Assembly: GCA_036172245.1 (NCBI GenBank)
Contig: JAYWIR010000021.1
Span: 2,046,001-2,110,000, forward strand
From: Raillietiella orientalis
Lineage: Eukaryota
Direction: 5' to 3'
DNA: 64,000 bases
Shown here: positions 38,401 to 52,199 of the stretch, one piece after another
How positions within the stretch are numbered: position 1 is the first letter of the stretch
Layout: every line of letters starts with the position of its first letter
Program-made: the position numbers and the translations under genes
Notes under the pieces: model-generated
Database searches by the model: none
What the model was told of the DNA's origin: nothing
Seen by the model: only the letters and a program-made list of their open reading frames with translations

Positions 38401-39169
38401 CGCGCGTACCTGTGTTGAACATGATTGTCCGTGTTTTTGCTTCGGAGTCGACTTGCAGTCAGTGCAGGACGTGCCTTCCTGTGCAGGGGGAGGGAGAGTT
38501 TCCTTGGCGTTTCGCAGGACCGCCGCAGCTACGAATGAGACGACGCCCATCGGGAAGGATGGAACGCCTCTCCCGATTCGAATCCTGTCAACTGGCGTGT
38601 GATCCACCTCGTGGATTACCTCCCCCTCGGCCTGATGAAGGTACTCCTTGACCATGAAGGTGGGAATGCTGAAGCGAACCTTAGCAGCTCGTTCCATCAA
38701 AAGTCTCATCGCATCGTCCTACGTTTGATCTTCCGTTTGGATCGATGCGGTGATTGGATTTCCAGCTTGGCCACCGAATCAAGTGGTCAAGCTAAAAACG
38801 TCAAGGTGATAGGTCTTTTTCTGTCCTGGCTCATCCAGGGATTCGCACGCGTTATCCTGAAAGTCTTCTGGACCAGTGGTCTCCGTGGAATGAATCCTTT
38901 CAAGGGTTTCCCGATCTTCCGGGGATTGATGTGTGAGGAATTCTGCAGCTTCTGAGCTCCGGCGTCTTGACCTGATGGTTACATCGTATTCGGAATATTG
39001 GTGTTACAATGGAAACGAATGAAGGTAGGGCTCTTCACCATTTTCAGCCTTATCATCTCTGGCAGTGACGGGGATCCAGGCTACGGACCCGCCTGGTCTT
39101 CTCCCTCTTGATGCCCTGCTAATTCTTCTTGCATTTTTTCCGCTTCTTCTTCAGCGAGTTTCTCTCTAT

Positions 39170-39800
39170 GCTTCTTGCTTCTGAGGTTGCAGTGCAACTT
39201 CCGCATCATCAAGAAGCCGTCTCTAGCATGTGTTTTTGATATCCCTAGTGTATCTGATGCACGGAGGCTACCCATAAGGTGCTCGACTTCCTCCCAGTGC
39301 CTCCTAGGGATACCCAACCCGCGCAGCACGGCATCGCTTACAGGATCCCAGGTTACTAGTGGTCCAATGGCGCATGTCTAGCACTGCATTTCATCCGTCG
39401 ATAACTGAGAGACAACATCCTGGTACTTCGACACCTTCTTGTTTCTGGCGATGCTGGAAGCCAGTCCGCCCATCCTCGAAAGGGCAGCACCCATCCGGCA
39501 CCGTGATCCAGTTGCCCTTCTGCGGCACCACCAGATCAGGCTGCAGATTGGAATCCATGCCGGGAACCTTCTGGCTGTTCACAACTCCAGCACCTTATGG
39601 GTAGCACAACTCCCATTTCTCCACATCCCATCACAAGCAGCTGTCCTGATCCTTTGTGGGATAGCCTTCGCGCCTTGCTGCGTGGAGACGGGAGTGCATC
39701 ACGCAGTGATCTGCAATATGAGGCAATGCCTCGCCCCGAAGTCCACACCGTCCACATGAGCGATCTGCTTCCCTCCTCCTTGCGGCACCTCTAATCTTGA
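39170..39800 (-). mobile_element. Second RLE-type (NeSL/Utopia-like) endonuclease remnant
   Basis: NSQKVPGMDSNLQPDLVV...DGCCPFEDG followed by GPLVTWDPVSDAVLRGLGIPRR; homologous to the 7632-8040 peptide. Confidence 0.75.
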
Positions 39801-40689
39801 GAAGATTAAGTCTCGCCGCGTGGGCAAACCGGGAACAGGAGAACCTCAGGAAGTCGCCGCTTGTGGGGAAGAAACTGGAGGAGGGATGAGGGTCTTTCCC
39901 TTGTTCACGACGTTTCCTAGCAACGGATTGTCGCGCGTGTGTTGACCTAATCGTCGAGACACACTTCTCCCTATCACAAAGATCGAATACCAGATCCCTT
40001 ATCCATATTCGTGGCTGTCCATCAGAAAATTCCCAGGAAGCTGCTGCTCTCAGGGAGGGTGCAGCAGAAGCGTGCAGCAGCTGGTCAGAAGGATGCGTCG
40101 AAGAACCTGAAAACCGATACGGAAGAGTTTTTTTTCTTCTCCTTTTTCCACGGGAGGACCTCATCTCGTGTATGCGATGAATCTCTGAAACAAACAAGTC
40201 CTTCAATCACCCCCGGAAGCTCCTTCCACGACAGTGGGCATTCGAGAAGTCAAAAGCATTTTCAGGCATGGGCGCCTTCGACATGAGCAGAGGCTGAGCA
40301 AAGGGCTCCGCACGTCACGGTGGCGTCGATGACTCCCCCCCCCCCCTGCCTTCACACTCAACGACACGCGCATGGCATAAGCGGAGAACTTCGATCACTG
40401 ACACGGGTGCAGCATCCGAGAAAGTCACTCTCTCTCAACCCGGGTGATTCTTGGTCCAGATGAGGAAATTCCCCCACAGTTCTCAAGCTACAACTTCAAG
40501 AAGCCGATAATTCATCCAGGATTTCGTTTTACCGATTCGTGTGATGTGAAACGCCTCACAACATTGAGGTTCTGAGTGTGCACCGAATACCTGACTAGGG
40601 CGTGTACAACGTACACATTCAATGTCGCTAATCTCTCGAGTTTTCTGTGATCCTGTCGTCCCAGATCACGTACAGATTCTGCTCGAATC

Positions 40690-42060
40690 AATCAACCAAT
40701 GTAAACTCCAAAATAATTGTCAGGCCGGAACATTTGCAACATGAATTCACAGCAGCAGTTAACGATTTGCGATTGATTTCACATCGCAGAAGCTGTTTTC
40801 GAACGACCGCACAAGCATTCTCGTTTCCAGGAGGAGTGATTTCGGTACTGGGTCCGAATTCGAAGGCTTGCCGGATGAAAAGGCCTTCGGAAGACCCCCC
40901 GAAAAATGGGCCACCCACTTGGGCCTCGCATGGAAAACTCAGGGAATCGGAGCTCTAATCCCCTGGCTGGAGCTCAAAATAAAGTGCCAGCAGCGAATCC
41001 CCAATCACGTCGGCGTCCAAAGCTACGGTGAAGACACTGACTGTTTACCAAGGAATCTGATGAGACTTCGAGATGAGCTGCCACGCCAAGCAATACGAAT
41101 GACAAAAATTTATGAACCGGAAAACATGGAAGAACAGGAGTGAAAAATTGGAATCCTTGCGTCCGCTTGCAAACCCTCCCGGAATTCAAGTGAGCCTTAC
41201 GAATCGGGAAGAGAGAAAAGTTGTGTAGCAGAATCCTTCGAGTCCCTTGCGAGCGGCAGCAAAGTCCAACTTTCTGTTCCAACTTCTTGCGTAAAGCAGG
41301 CGGGGATGTCAAAGCTTTCACCGCACGAGCATGAACGGGCACTGTAGCCCCTGAGGGGCTGCATGCTCCAACGATGCGATGGAAAAAGAGCACGACCTGT
41401 GCAATTTGATCAAGCTTCATTGATAGTTGGTTACTAACCCAAGCCCTCTTCCTAACCGTAAAGCCTACGTGCACCCATAACTGTTCCTTGCATAATTCGA
41501 TGTGTGACCGATATATTACATAGACCAACTGCCCACGTACAGACCAATTGTGAAGGCAATCGTATCACGCTGTTTCGCAGTGTGATTCATCAAAGATCTC
41601 CGGTTTTTCCATTTCCGGTTTTTCTTCGCATCCCGACGGCACCACGATTCGCATGGATCTCTATGACGTTATCTGCTTATGAACCGTGGCTTTCCGAACA
41701 TGGAGTTCGAACTCTGACCGACAGTATCCAAGGGATACGGACACACCCAAGCAGTCACGTTATAAGCATTCTCACTTCGCCATCTTCATCCCTCACCCAC
41801 TGCTGGTACGCATAGAAACGAACTGCTGCCATGTCTCAAGAGTGCAGTATCCAGCCCGATTTACATTAAATATAGGACAACCAACTTTCACGTGGTCCTG
41901 GAAGAGAGCTTTCGAGGTAAGGATGCTGATGCATCACCAAGACCTCTACGCCTGCACGATTTTTTGCAAGCGATCGGGCATCCCAAACCCACACACTTTT
42001 ACGAGGGATTATCGCACGTAGGATAGTCCCGACCCATTGAAAGAACATCCCGTGTAGCCG
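40690..42060 (-). pseudogene. BEL/Pao LTR retrotransposon integrase remnant
   Basis: FFQWVGT (PF..vGxD region), IYRSHIELCKEQL...QLSMKLDQIAQVV...ALT, and RQAFEFGPSTEITPPGNENACAVV (BEL C-terminal W.lGr.....G.DG pattern), in the expected order. Confidence 0.55.
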
Positions 42061-42074
42061 TTTGGAGTGAATGT

Positions 42075-43140
42075 AAAATAGTATGGACGTGCCATGCCTA
42101 ATTTGTCAGCAAATATTGCACTCGTACGGGAGGAGTGCAACGCTAAGAGCCATTATGAAGCGTTTCGTGCGTGTCAGCAGTCGGAATACGTGGGAAAGCC
42201 GACTGAGGAGATGTGCGAAAGATTGGAGAAGACTGAAATAATGGCAATCCTTTCCTACGCATACGCATAATGGGGGGTCTCGCTGTCGTGCGAGCAAGCT
42301 TGCTTTTCCAGGAAATTGCAAGTTCTCCGGCGGAACCGTTTTCTGCAGACAAACTCCTCACAAACTGCAGGGTGAGAGCTCTGAGTATTGCATGTTTGCA
42401 AAATATCAGATCTCCTCGTAAAACGGTAGTCCAACGGATATTCGAAATACCGGTTTGGTAATAGCTCGAAAGAAAGAAAAAAAAAAGGGGGGGGGAGGGG
42501 GAACATCCATTCCATTTCCGATAGCATTCACAAAGGCAAAGCAATTTCTGAAATCGCACGATAAACTCGTTCGTACACGTTTACAAAAATTGGTGTCGCC
42601 GAAGAAATTGTGGAGTTGGCGCGTGCTGTGAACGCTGCAACTGCAGAGCGCGATGTATGCAATGCCATTATCATTTCTTTAGATAAATTCGGCGTAGACT
42701 GATGGAAGTCTGGGAGCACTGCAATCGACAGAGCGCGGTCGGTGACGGGTTGTAGCAGAGGGGCAGCTTCTACATCGAATGACCGATCCACAGAGGGGAC
42801 TCCTTGGTCCTCTACCGTAAGACCCTGCACGGAAGTCATGGAAGCAGCACCTGTAATGAGTGGTGTTTTGCCAGAACAACACATTTATGCAAAGCAGAGT
42901 ATGCTCCTCGACATCAGCAGCCCGTTCAAGCATGCGGATGTTGAATTCTGTCTCACCACACCGAACTTTCGAAGAGCTTTCTCGAAAGCGGAACGCAGTC
43001 GAGGAGGTTGTGGAACAAAAAGCGAATGAATGGAAAGATGGGCAGTGGACACGGAATGGTTTCCATTTTGAAAAGGATACTTGAACACTCCAATACGTTG
43101 CACACCAAGAATGCAACGAAGCAATAAATGAACTTCATGA
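42075..43140 (+). pseudogene. hAT transposase remnant (Buster/SPIN/GTF2IRD2-like)
   Basis: ASLLFQEIASSPAEPFSADKLLTNC...KTVVQRIFEI and EEIVEL...DVCNAIIISLDKFGVD*WKSGSTAIDRARSVTG match the KPFSDGE, TV.RRI and ATDGAPSMTG pattern. Confidence 0.7.
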
Positions 43141-43545
43141 CAGCGTCTGGGGTCCTCTAATCTGGAAGATTCTGCAGAGGAAGAAGACTACGAAAGGGAG
43201 AAAATCGCCTGGGCGGATAGAGCAAAATTAGGTTTAGGAACTTTCAAAGTTTCAAATACGGTTCCACGTGATTCTTATGGCCCCTTTTTTCGATGGCACG
43301 AGGGGGTGCACAAACAAGAATTAAAATGGCTGCAAAAACTGGACCACTGCTGGAAGCTTCCTTCATCGTTTTAATAAAACACTCGATTCTTGCCCACCGC
43401 AACTACCACGGCAAAATTTCACGAGGACCCTTGAAATGAAACAATTTCAGACAATTCAGCAATGATCGTTTTCCCCTGCATAGTTGAATAATCACCACGT
43501 CTTGTTAGATATCCATCTAAATAATTTCGATGATAAGAATGCAGA

Positions 43546-43880
43546 TCACACATCAAACCAAGATTGACATCCCTGTTCTATGAAAGTTTTTGTTTTGGAA
43601 ACGAATTTTAGCGTTCCAGTGTTAGCAGATGTGCACGAGAAGGTGTGTGGTGCATGCACGAGCAAACGCAGGGCTCCCCATCCCCGCAGCTTCTGTAAAA
43701 GGGCACTTCGAAAAACAGTCGGACCCAACAACTGCAAAACAGCACTGCAAGGGGCAGGTGCCTCGTCATACAAATAATCATAGATATCCAAATATGCCCG
43801 AAGTTCTCGATCATTAACCGTGTGCCAGACATTTTTTTTTTTTTTTAAAGCCGTGCCAAAGTCGCAATGCCTTGGAGCCA
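43546..43880 (-). pseudogene. Possible piggyBac transposase N-terminal fragment
   Basis: WHTVNDRELRAYLDI...LRLLVH resembles W..vt..El.aflG...RF..i...lH. Confidence 0.35.
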
Positions 43881-46800
43881 CCGCACTTGCGTGCAGTGTG
43901 GACGTGGGTGAAGTCAGTCAGTCAGTCAAGCAGAGCAACTCTTCCTGAATCGAAGGCCTGCATTCCGCCAGGGTCAGCATCTTGCAAGCTGCTCGTTTTA
44001 TTGAAACGAATTAAAAATCTGCTATACCCGTGTGGTTGTTTTCACAGTGTCTCGGAGACCACCAGGATTTCCAGGATTCGCTTTTGCCTCTAAACATCGG
44101 AATACCAAGGTTTCTACAACAAGTAAAAAAAAAAAAAAAAAAAATGCTTCCTTCCAAAGTGTAAGGGGCAGTTCATGGAACCCGTGTTTGCCCGCCTTAA
44201 TTCCGTTTTGCTGTTTCTCATGATTCTAAGGCAGAAGAGGTTGCATGCTAAGCAGAGCAGGTAGCTCAACTCAGCACCTTCTATGCTTCCTCAATGAAAG
44301 AACGCTTTATGGACCTCTGCACAAAATTCTTGTAACCACCAGCCATTCATCTTGAAACGTCTGCAGCCATGTATGCGAGTGCTTGAGAGTGAATCACTCC
44401 GAAACTTGGAAAGTAACCTAGTTTCGAGCTAGAATGTTAGGCCGTACAATAAAGCCAGTTAGGCTGTACAGATGTTTTGTCCGAACGCTTCATACTCAAG
44501 TGTTTGACAGTGTACCTAAGCAAGACAAAGCCGACAAGTTAGATATTTTATGCAGAGAATGGAAACGACACCCCTTGACGATCTTTGTTTCAGGCATAAA
44601 GATCTGCAAGAGAATGACATTCCGTTGGTGCAGCCGCTGTGTGGACCGCGCCTCTCTACGAAAGCGGCAAATCCACACAACATGGGACCAAGCATGACCC
44701 CTTGGAGCCTTGGGGTCTTGACCCTTCTGGTTTCGCCCAGGACGGTGCGTATCCCACGAGTTGCACATGGCTCGGGGCGGAGGCAAGCAACGGAAACATT
44801 CCGGTTTGACCCTCGTGGTCACCGATTCGAAGCACAGATGCGTTTGTGGATCATTTTTTGCGAGAGCCACCATCAGCATCAGCCTCCATCCATACGTGAC
44901 ATTAACAGCACAAGACAACCGTCATGTTATCCGGCACGAGGAAGCTCCGGACGATACTTATTTAGGAGAAGGTTTTTGCTTTTTGAATAAACGGCCCACA
45001 CACATGAAAATACATGATCGGGTAAAATCAGGTTTCAAGTCCTTAAAGGAACTGCATCGTGGGCACGGTGCATATTGGTAGTGCAGATTTGGACAAGAGC
45101 CAGTCTTCACATCGGAACCCTTTCAGGAAAACGGTGTTTGTGAACAAAAAAGAAACGAGATCTTGAAAGGAATTAGGAAAAGAAAAAAAAAAAAAACTTG
45201 ATGAAAATTGGATAAATACAAACATTATAGCTTTGAATGACGTGAAAAAAAGTTTACGTTCCTCCTGTAAAGTGTCAGTCTTACAGGACTTGCTTGTAAG
45301 ACTGAAAATTTTGTGCACATCATTTGTCCCCATTCAGTGAATATGTTGAATACATCTTTTAAATTACTGTCATGGCATGAAAACGAAAAAAATTTATGGC
45401 CATAATTGCGCATTTCATGGCCGTGAATCTGAATGCTGAATAAACAGCCATTCCACTCAAGAGTTAAAAAACAACCATGGCACTACAATAGTCATATATT
45501 TTCAAAAGTTCATAGCACCACAATATTTGCTTCTTAGCCTGTAAGTGGATTCTGCTTCATTTATTTGCCATGATTCATGCATTTACATTTTGGGATCCAT
45601 GTTTCCTTTTTACCAAGAGTATTTTCTCTCCATCTCATAGAAATCTGATCATGTTATCTATGCAGACTCATGTGGAGATCTATTGCGTAGGCTCATAGAT
45701 GCATAATATGTTGGGTTTACTACTGTATTTGAATTAGATTGTGATGACGTTGAAAGCTCACGAAAATCCATATCGAATTAAATACAAAGTTGTAAATAAG
45801 ACAGGTCCTCCCACCTACAAAATGTCGAATACCTTTCAACTGATGTTTTTTTCACATAGTTTTCCAAGGAAACCCTACCATAATATGTCTTAAAGCAATC
45901 ACTTCAAAACATCAAATTTATATCAAATTATATAGGTATGTGGGTTTGTAGTCTGCATGTGATTATCATTTTCTACACATATGTTCATTACTAAATTTTG
46001 TGCATCACTAGGACTCTAATATGCCTTAAATATAACACATGCATTGAAGTTTGTGTACATCAAAATCAGTTGTCAGAATAATATAAGGAAACCTTTGCAC
46101 AAGTATACTTAATTTCCAAAGGATTCTTAATGTTCATGAGAAGTCTGGCTTTTCTGTAATAAACTCAGTACATTGGATTATTGTGATTCTTTTGCTGCTT
46201 GGACTAGTTAGGTGAATATCCTATGGTAGCCAAACAAACATCAAATTGCAGCCACTTTCAAATGATAAAATTGACCTCATTAGGAAAATCCATTCATAAC
46301 AGATAAGACATAAATCTAAAGAGCACATTTCACTAGTTATGAATTTGGCACGATTAAAATCATGAACAGAAAGTAGCATGACACAAATATGCATTAAACA
46401 CTTAATTATTTACCAGCATTAGGAACAGGACAGTTTTGCTTGGATTTATATCCAACTGTATGATTTCCAGAATAATGCTGCAGCAGTGCATGACCAAAAT
46501 GTTTTAGTGTTCCTTGAAATATTTTAGCATTTTGTGAACACGAAATCAGATGTATTACTTCATAAATTGCATTTTTAAGGCTTGATGAGTAAATGAAAAA
46601 AGCAGCATCTTGTAAATCTTTGCTTTGTATTTTGTTACGCCCTTTTTGATGTTTAGTAATCACCTGAAAAACTACTGTGCTGATTCAAGCAAATGCAAAT
46701 AAAATACTCCTTTGTGTAGCAAAACAGAATACAAGGCTTTCAGCTGTGCTAAAACACACACTAAATGAAAGTAACCATAAGTCTGTTCAAAGCACAGAAA

Positions 46801-49800
46801 ATCAGTTCACTCATTCTTATGAACTTGTTACTAAGTCTAATGCATATCACAAAAAGCCACCCATATTGTATAAACACTTTCCTGATTCATTCTGCCATAG
46901 GAAATTAAGGGAACTTGAAGAAAGTTCTTGTAGCTTGCTGGACTACATAACTTTCCCTGTTTTGTGTTTTTGAAGTATACAAAAGTAGCTCACATATTTT
47001 AAGTCAATAATTTATAGTATTTACAAGTGATTAACTGATGCAAGTTACCAAAAAGATCTGCATTACTGTTTCTAGGGCAATCCACATATACTGTATCCAT
47101 GTCCAAGTTACTCATACAAGACATGGCTCCAAAAGATGATCGTCCAAAGATGCTCCAAAGATGAGAACAAATGTCTTACAGTGTCAAAAGCTGAAAAAAA
47201 TTTTTTTTAAAAAGCACACAGATGTTCTCGTGTTTACATTACTTCTTTGCAGGTGTATACATAAGTAATGTGAATGCCAAGAACAAGAAAACCAAGGGAA
47301 TATCCTTGTCAATAAATATGAAAATTAAGCAGGATGAATTCTTTTGCTGCAGCTTGATTGCAGGAAGCCTTACCAAGGTTACTATGCCATTGTGAAGGAC
47401 ATAACAACCTTGGTATAGGGAAGGTTGTTATGCCTTTCACAAAGTACAATTGTGCACAGCATTAAACAGAATGAAGCACTGCATGAAATTCAGCACAAGT
47501 CTAAAGACACTTGCTTTCATGTGGCACGTAGAGAAGCTGATTCTTTTAATGTGTCAAATGACAGTTAATGTTGGTAAAAGATAGTTTATATTAACATGAG
47601 CAAGGGTTGATGTATCAATACAAGAAAGTAATTAGGTCCTAGTTCCATCCTCTATTAAACTGCTAGCAATACTTGAAACTTGAGAACTTCCATGATGCAA
47701 AAGGTCTGTTGCTAAGCACAACACCAACATCTAAGAGTCTAAATCTCTGATTGGCAATGGAAGTCAACTTCGCCCACACTATACCCAATGGCAAAATAAG
47801 TAAAGCAGGTATCCTGTTGCACTCGAAAAGTTACAATCGATTTTGTTCGTTCAATGAGAGAAATCTTACTTCACATTGGAAATGGCAATGCTCCTCTCAA
47901 CACTGACATTTGGAAGAAATTGAATTTTGGTTCAAAGCACAAAGAACGTAGGCATCGTTCACCAAAAAGATAATTTATCATTTCGAATCTGTTGTTGGCT
48001 ATGATCAAATAATCTATTGTTTTGGAAGCGATGGGCAAAAGTAATATGGAAAATAAAATGCCAAGGAAGTTAGATGCTAATAAAAAACGTTATTGAACAG
48101 TTCAATCTATATGAGTTTCATTGAGTGCTGTTTTGGAAAGCCTGCTTGACCATTCAAAAACAGTGTGACCTGCGATTCTTGCAATGCATGCAATACTTTT
48201 CCAACATAACCCTTTGAGGCATATGTCCGTATTGCAAATCGATGAATCGCATAAGTGAACGTCAACTTTCTATCCAAGGAGAGAGCATCCTGATCTCGAT
48301 GTACCTATTCTAAAGGGAACTTTCGAATGCGCTTACACGAGCTGGAGTTTTTTTTAATGCTCCATTAAGGTGGAGTGCAGTAATGTGCAACTGCGTATTT
48401 GTTGTGCTCTAATCGCAAACTCAGTTTGCTTAAAACGTACAAAACCTTAACACGTCAACAGTTTTCCGCCAAAGCTGAACTCTAACGTTCGCCTGAAACA
48501 AATTGCAATTTTCACCTTTCGTTTTCACGTGCTCGCTGTACCACGGTTCGGTTTGGTTGCATCGCGAAGGCATGGGATCTGCGTCCACCGTCGGTGTCAA
48601 CGAGCATTTTTTCAACGAGGTCGTTCGGGAAACTCCTCGGAAGAACTGCACGGCGGAGCACAACGCGGGTATTTGCCAAAGAGTGGCTGAGCAATCGACG
48701 TGCTTTTGTCGCATTTCTGAGCAGAATTACTCTCCAAAAGCAGTCCCAACTCACCAAGTGGATGCACCTAAACCGTGCCACGGAAAACGTACAGCGCGTA
48801 AGGAAAAGCTGCTTCGAGCGAACAGCTTTGCATCTTGCCCCTTTCGTGGTCCAGTTGACTCTGTCTCCCCGTCCATTCCGTGCTTCAGTAACAGCTTTGC
48901 ACACTCCTTCGACGATGCTGGTTCTCATCCTGATCATCTGCAGCATCTCGACTTCCCTCAGTCGATTACACTGTTCCCACACCGTGTCAAAGCATCACAT
49001 CACTTTCCCGCACGAAAAATACTCTGCAGTTTAATTCTCATCATTTAAGATCGAAAAAGCTGAGAATATTCGATCAATACATGGAATTCAGATAGGAAAA
49101 AAAAATTGGTTCTTCGATTGCGAGCCGGAAATCCAGAGTGTATTCTATTTAGGGTACTGCCCTAGGATTAAGCAAGATCGTTTCCTATCTCGTTGCTATT
49201 TACTTAGTTTTTTTTTTTTTTATCGTTTGTTTGGCAAAGGCAGCAGAGGGATTTCTCAGCTTGATGATCAAGATTGCGCAAACCACGGAAAACGTTCATT
49301 AGTGTCTCGCCTTTAACTTGCTACACAGCCAATGGCATTAATTACTAGCTATACGAGAGAATATGAATGTTCAGCAAGTCATGTGTGAGAAATCAAATGC
49401 AAGTTCATTAGTAAGTATTATTATCATTTGGGTCCCTGTTACTCAATATTTATGTACTATAGATGCAAGAAGGTTATGGATTTCATGGCTCCTATTTGCT
49501 CTCTATGAGATGGTGCATCCCATGTCTCAGTGAACTCCGGGAATCTTAGAAAATTGCCATTTCTAGTAGCTCCGTGCTTGATGATGGAGAACCTTGTTTC
49601 CATAATTTTGTAATTCCTGTCCAGCGAATTTTCTTCAATGTGAGTTGCTGAAATGAGTATTTTGATTTATACCCACAGGAACGCCCCTCTATACTGCTGG
49701 TGATGAAAGTAGGTTGTAGCTGAAATTCCATTTTTATTTGGATTCTTTCCACTCTCGGAAACCGTCCCAGCAAAGATTTGTTGTCACATGTTTTGTTCGA

Positions 49801-51682
49801 AACAAAAATCTAAGTTTACTCTTTTATCTGTTTCATCTTTCAGAACATATCATAATGGTTTTCCTATTAGCATTCATCTTTTATACTATCTCGTTCCATT
49901 TTCTTACGTTTCTTCATGAACAAGTAACAAATTAACTTGATTTTGTATGTACATACACGTATGCACACCTTGATCCTACTCATTTAAAATTCATTTAAGA
50001 TTTTTGTGCTATTTAGTGTTGTAATTTAGCTCACGTTTTGTTTTTACTATGACGTTTTCCCATGTTCATGATCATATTCTCTTTGATCCTTCACATTCAT
50101 TTGAAAGTGAACCGAGAATTGTAATAAATGAATATTCACACGAGTGTGGATTTTCCTTTAGCTGCACTTTTTGTAGACTCTGTTCGTGATCGCAAAAACT
50201 GGAAATATTGAGTCATTTTAGCTCTGTGGTGACGAATAGGAACCAAAAAAAAGTCAATGTGAAAATTAATCGATAAATTCAAACGTGCCTCCTATTATTA
50301 ACGTCAATATACTTTTGCTTGCAGTTACAGTACATTTTTTTTGCAAGAGTTAAAAAGCAAAAATAACTTCGAATGTATCAAAGATCTTTTAATAAAAAAT
50401 ACCCCCTATGTCTTTACTTGAGGCAAACAAGGAATTCGGAAGGATGCTTCAAAGAAAGCATACAGACGAAAACGGAAGCAGACTCGAAAGACAGACTCCT
50501 GGAATTATTTCTTTCCACAAATAAGATATAAACAGTCGTTCTGGAAAAAATTTGATTGCTAGGAGATTCCTGGTGCTTGCATCCATTTTTCCCTCGTCTC
50601 AAGTTTGCTTTCCTGCGATCAGGTCTCATTGACCTCTCACCCCATATGCAATCCCTCGCAAGATCGCTGCACAGCCGTTGCTGATTATATAAGACGACTG
50701 AAACTAAGACGCCCCCCACGAGCTCGCAAAACAAAAATGTGATTCACATCGGAGCTCAGTGCAAAAAAAAAAACAGTTCTGGAAGCAACGGTGGAAATGA
50801 TCAGCAGATTGGCAAATTTCAAGTCAAAATCATCACCTGGTCCCTTGGAAATGGGGTGCGACGGAAAATGCATCTTCTGAGAAAGCAGTGAGTGATATTT
50901 CACCAGCCCAAGGTGTCAGACGCTAAGCCGGAAAAATGGAAAGTGGCCTTCAGAATAACTGCATCAACCTTGACATCTGTCTCCGATGCATTGCCTGGAT
51001 TCTGCAATTCCACCATAGTTGTATTTTACCATAATTGCATTTGTGTATGTACAGAAGCAGCTGTCTCCGTCTTTTTGTCATGTGAAGTAATCTTTGTGTA
51101 CATCTCTGCGTTGAAGCTCCTTTGAATAACGTCCTCCGTATAGAATTTTTACAAAATTCTGTCAGGATTCCTGAGAAGAAACGTCCTTTAGGCAACGTTT
51201 CTCGATCACAACCGTCCTTGTCCATTCTCTCCACTTAAATGCCATTGAAAAGACCAAAGGGTGAAGGGAATGGAGGATTGCACTTGGCGATGGAACGATG
51301 TGGCAGGAGTTACCATCTAGCAGCATATTCCGTTTCTACTCAATATGCGATAAGCGTCAATATGTGATATCCAAAGAGCCGTGTCCACGGTGTATGCTTG
51401 TTGCCGTCTCCCCTTCTCAGTTGCGAGCAAGATGGGCGTATTCTTCCCTTTTCAGTTGATACTCGGAAAACTCTCCATTTGCACGTTTTCCATGCAATTT
51501 TTTTTTTCAATCTGCTCTCAGTCTCTGGTCCTATGCCTCGCATCTCCTCGCCTCTTGTTCCATTGCCACCGTACTCTCCTTTTCCTTTCCCTCCTCTGAA
51601 ATCCCAACCCGTTCCTGTCTGAATTATGCTGTTCCAGATCTTCACACTGGAGGACCCACTTGTGAACCCCCACCTTCTGCAG

Positions 51683-51870
51683 AGGTTTACAAGTAGTTCA
51701 CACAGTTTGCACGTATTTCGCAAATTAACAAGTTCATAAGTAGCTCAGGTGGTTCACAAGTAGTTTACAAGTTTACAAACTGTCCACGAGTTTGCAAGTA
51801 GCTGACGAGATTGCAACCAGCTCACGAGTTTACAAGTAATGAATATAGTTTACGAGTAGTTTACAAGCTC
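51683..51870 (+). repeat. Degenerate minisatellite of AGTTTACAAGT / AGTTCACAAGT / AGCTCACG units
   Basis: More than a dozen related 8-11 nt units are visible in tandem. Confidence 0.75.
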
Positions 51871-52199
51871 TTCATCACCTGCAACTGCGATGGGTAGCCT
51901 TGCTAGGATCGGCGTACCAGTTGATATCAATGCGAGTTGTCTAAGACGGCCGGCTGCGCCCACCTCCCTTCTCTCTTTTCGAACTCACTGAGCTGGGATG
52001 CCTCTGGAAGGGAGGATGGAAGGTTCCGGGACCGCAGAAGTGGGTGGATCCCTGAGGCTACAGAGGTGGCGGCACGGAGATGTCGGGACCTCCGAGCGCA
52101 AACGGTCCGGATCGGCTTCCGCACCTCTGACGCGACGTCGCATGGTCACACATTCCCCGAGCGCCTGCGGACCGGTGAGACGACTGTCGCCTCAGGGCA

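Noticed and set aside
44434..45081. Spliced gene with mitochondrial-leader-like start or TLDc-like segment
   Set aside because: I could not build a consistent exon chain or a convincing domain match.
45744..45844. SECIS element (ATGAC-helix...TGAT core)
   Set aside because: The region between the helix strands is ~76 nt, far longer than a SECIS apical part, and no upstream selenoprotein ORF was found.
51683..51870. CRISPR-like repeat array
   Set aside because: Units are 8-11 nt, degenerate and lack unique spacers; the context is eukaryotic with no cas genes.
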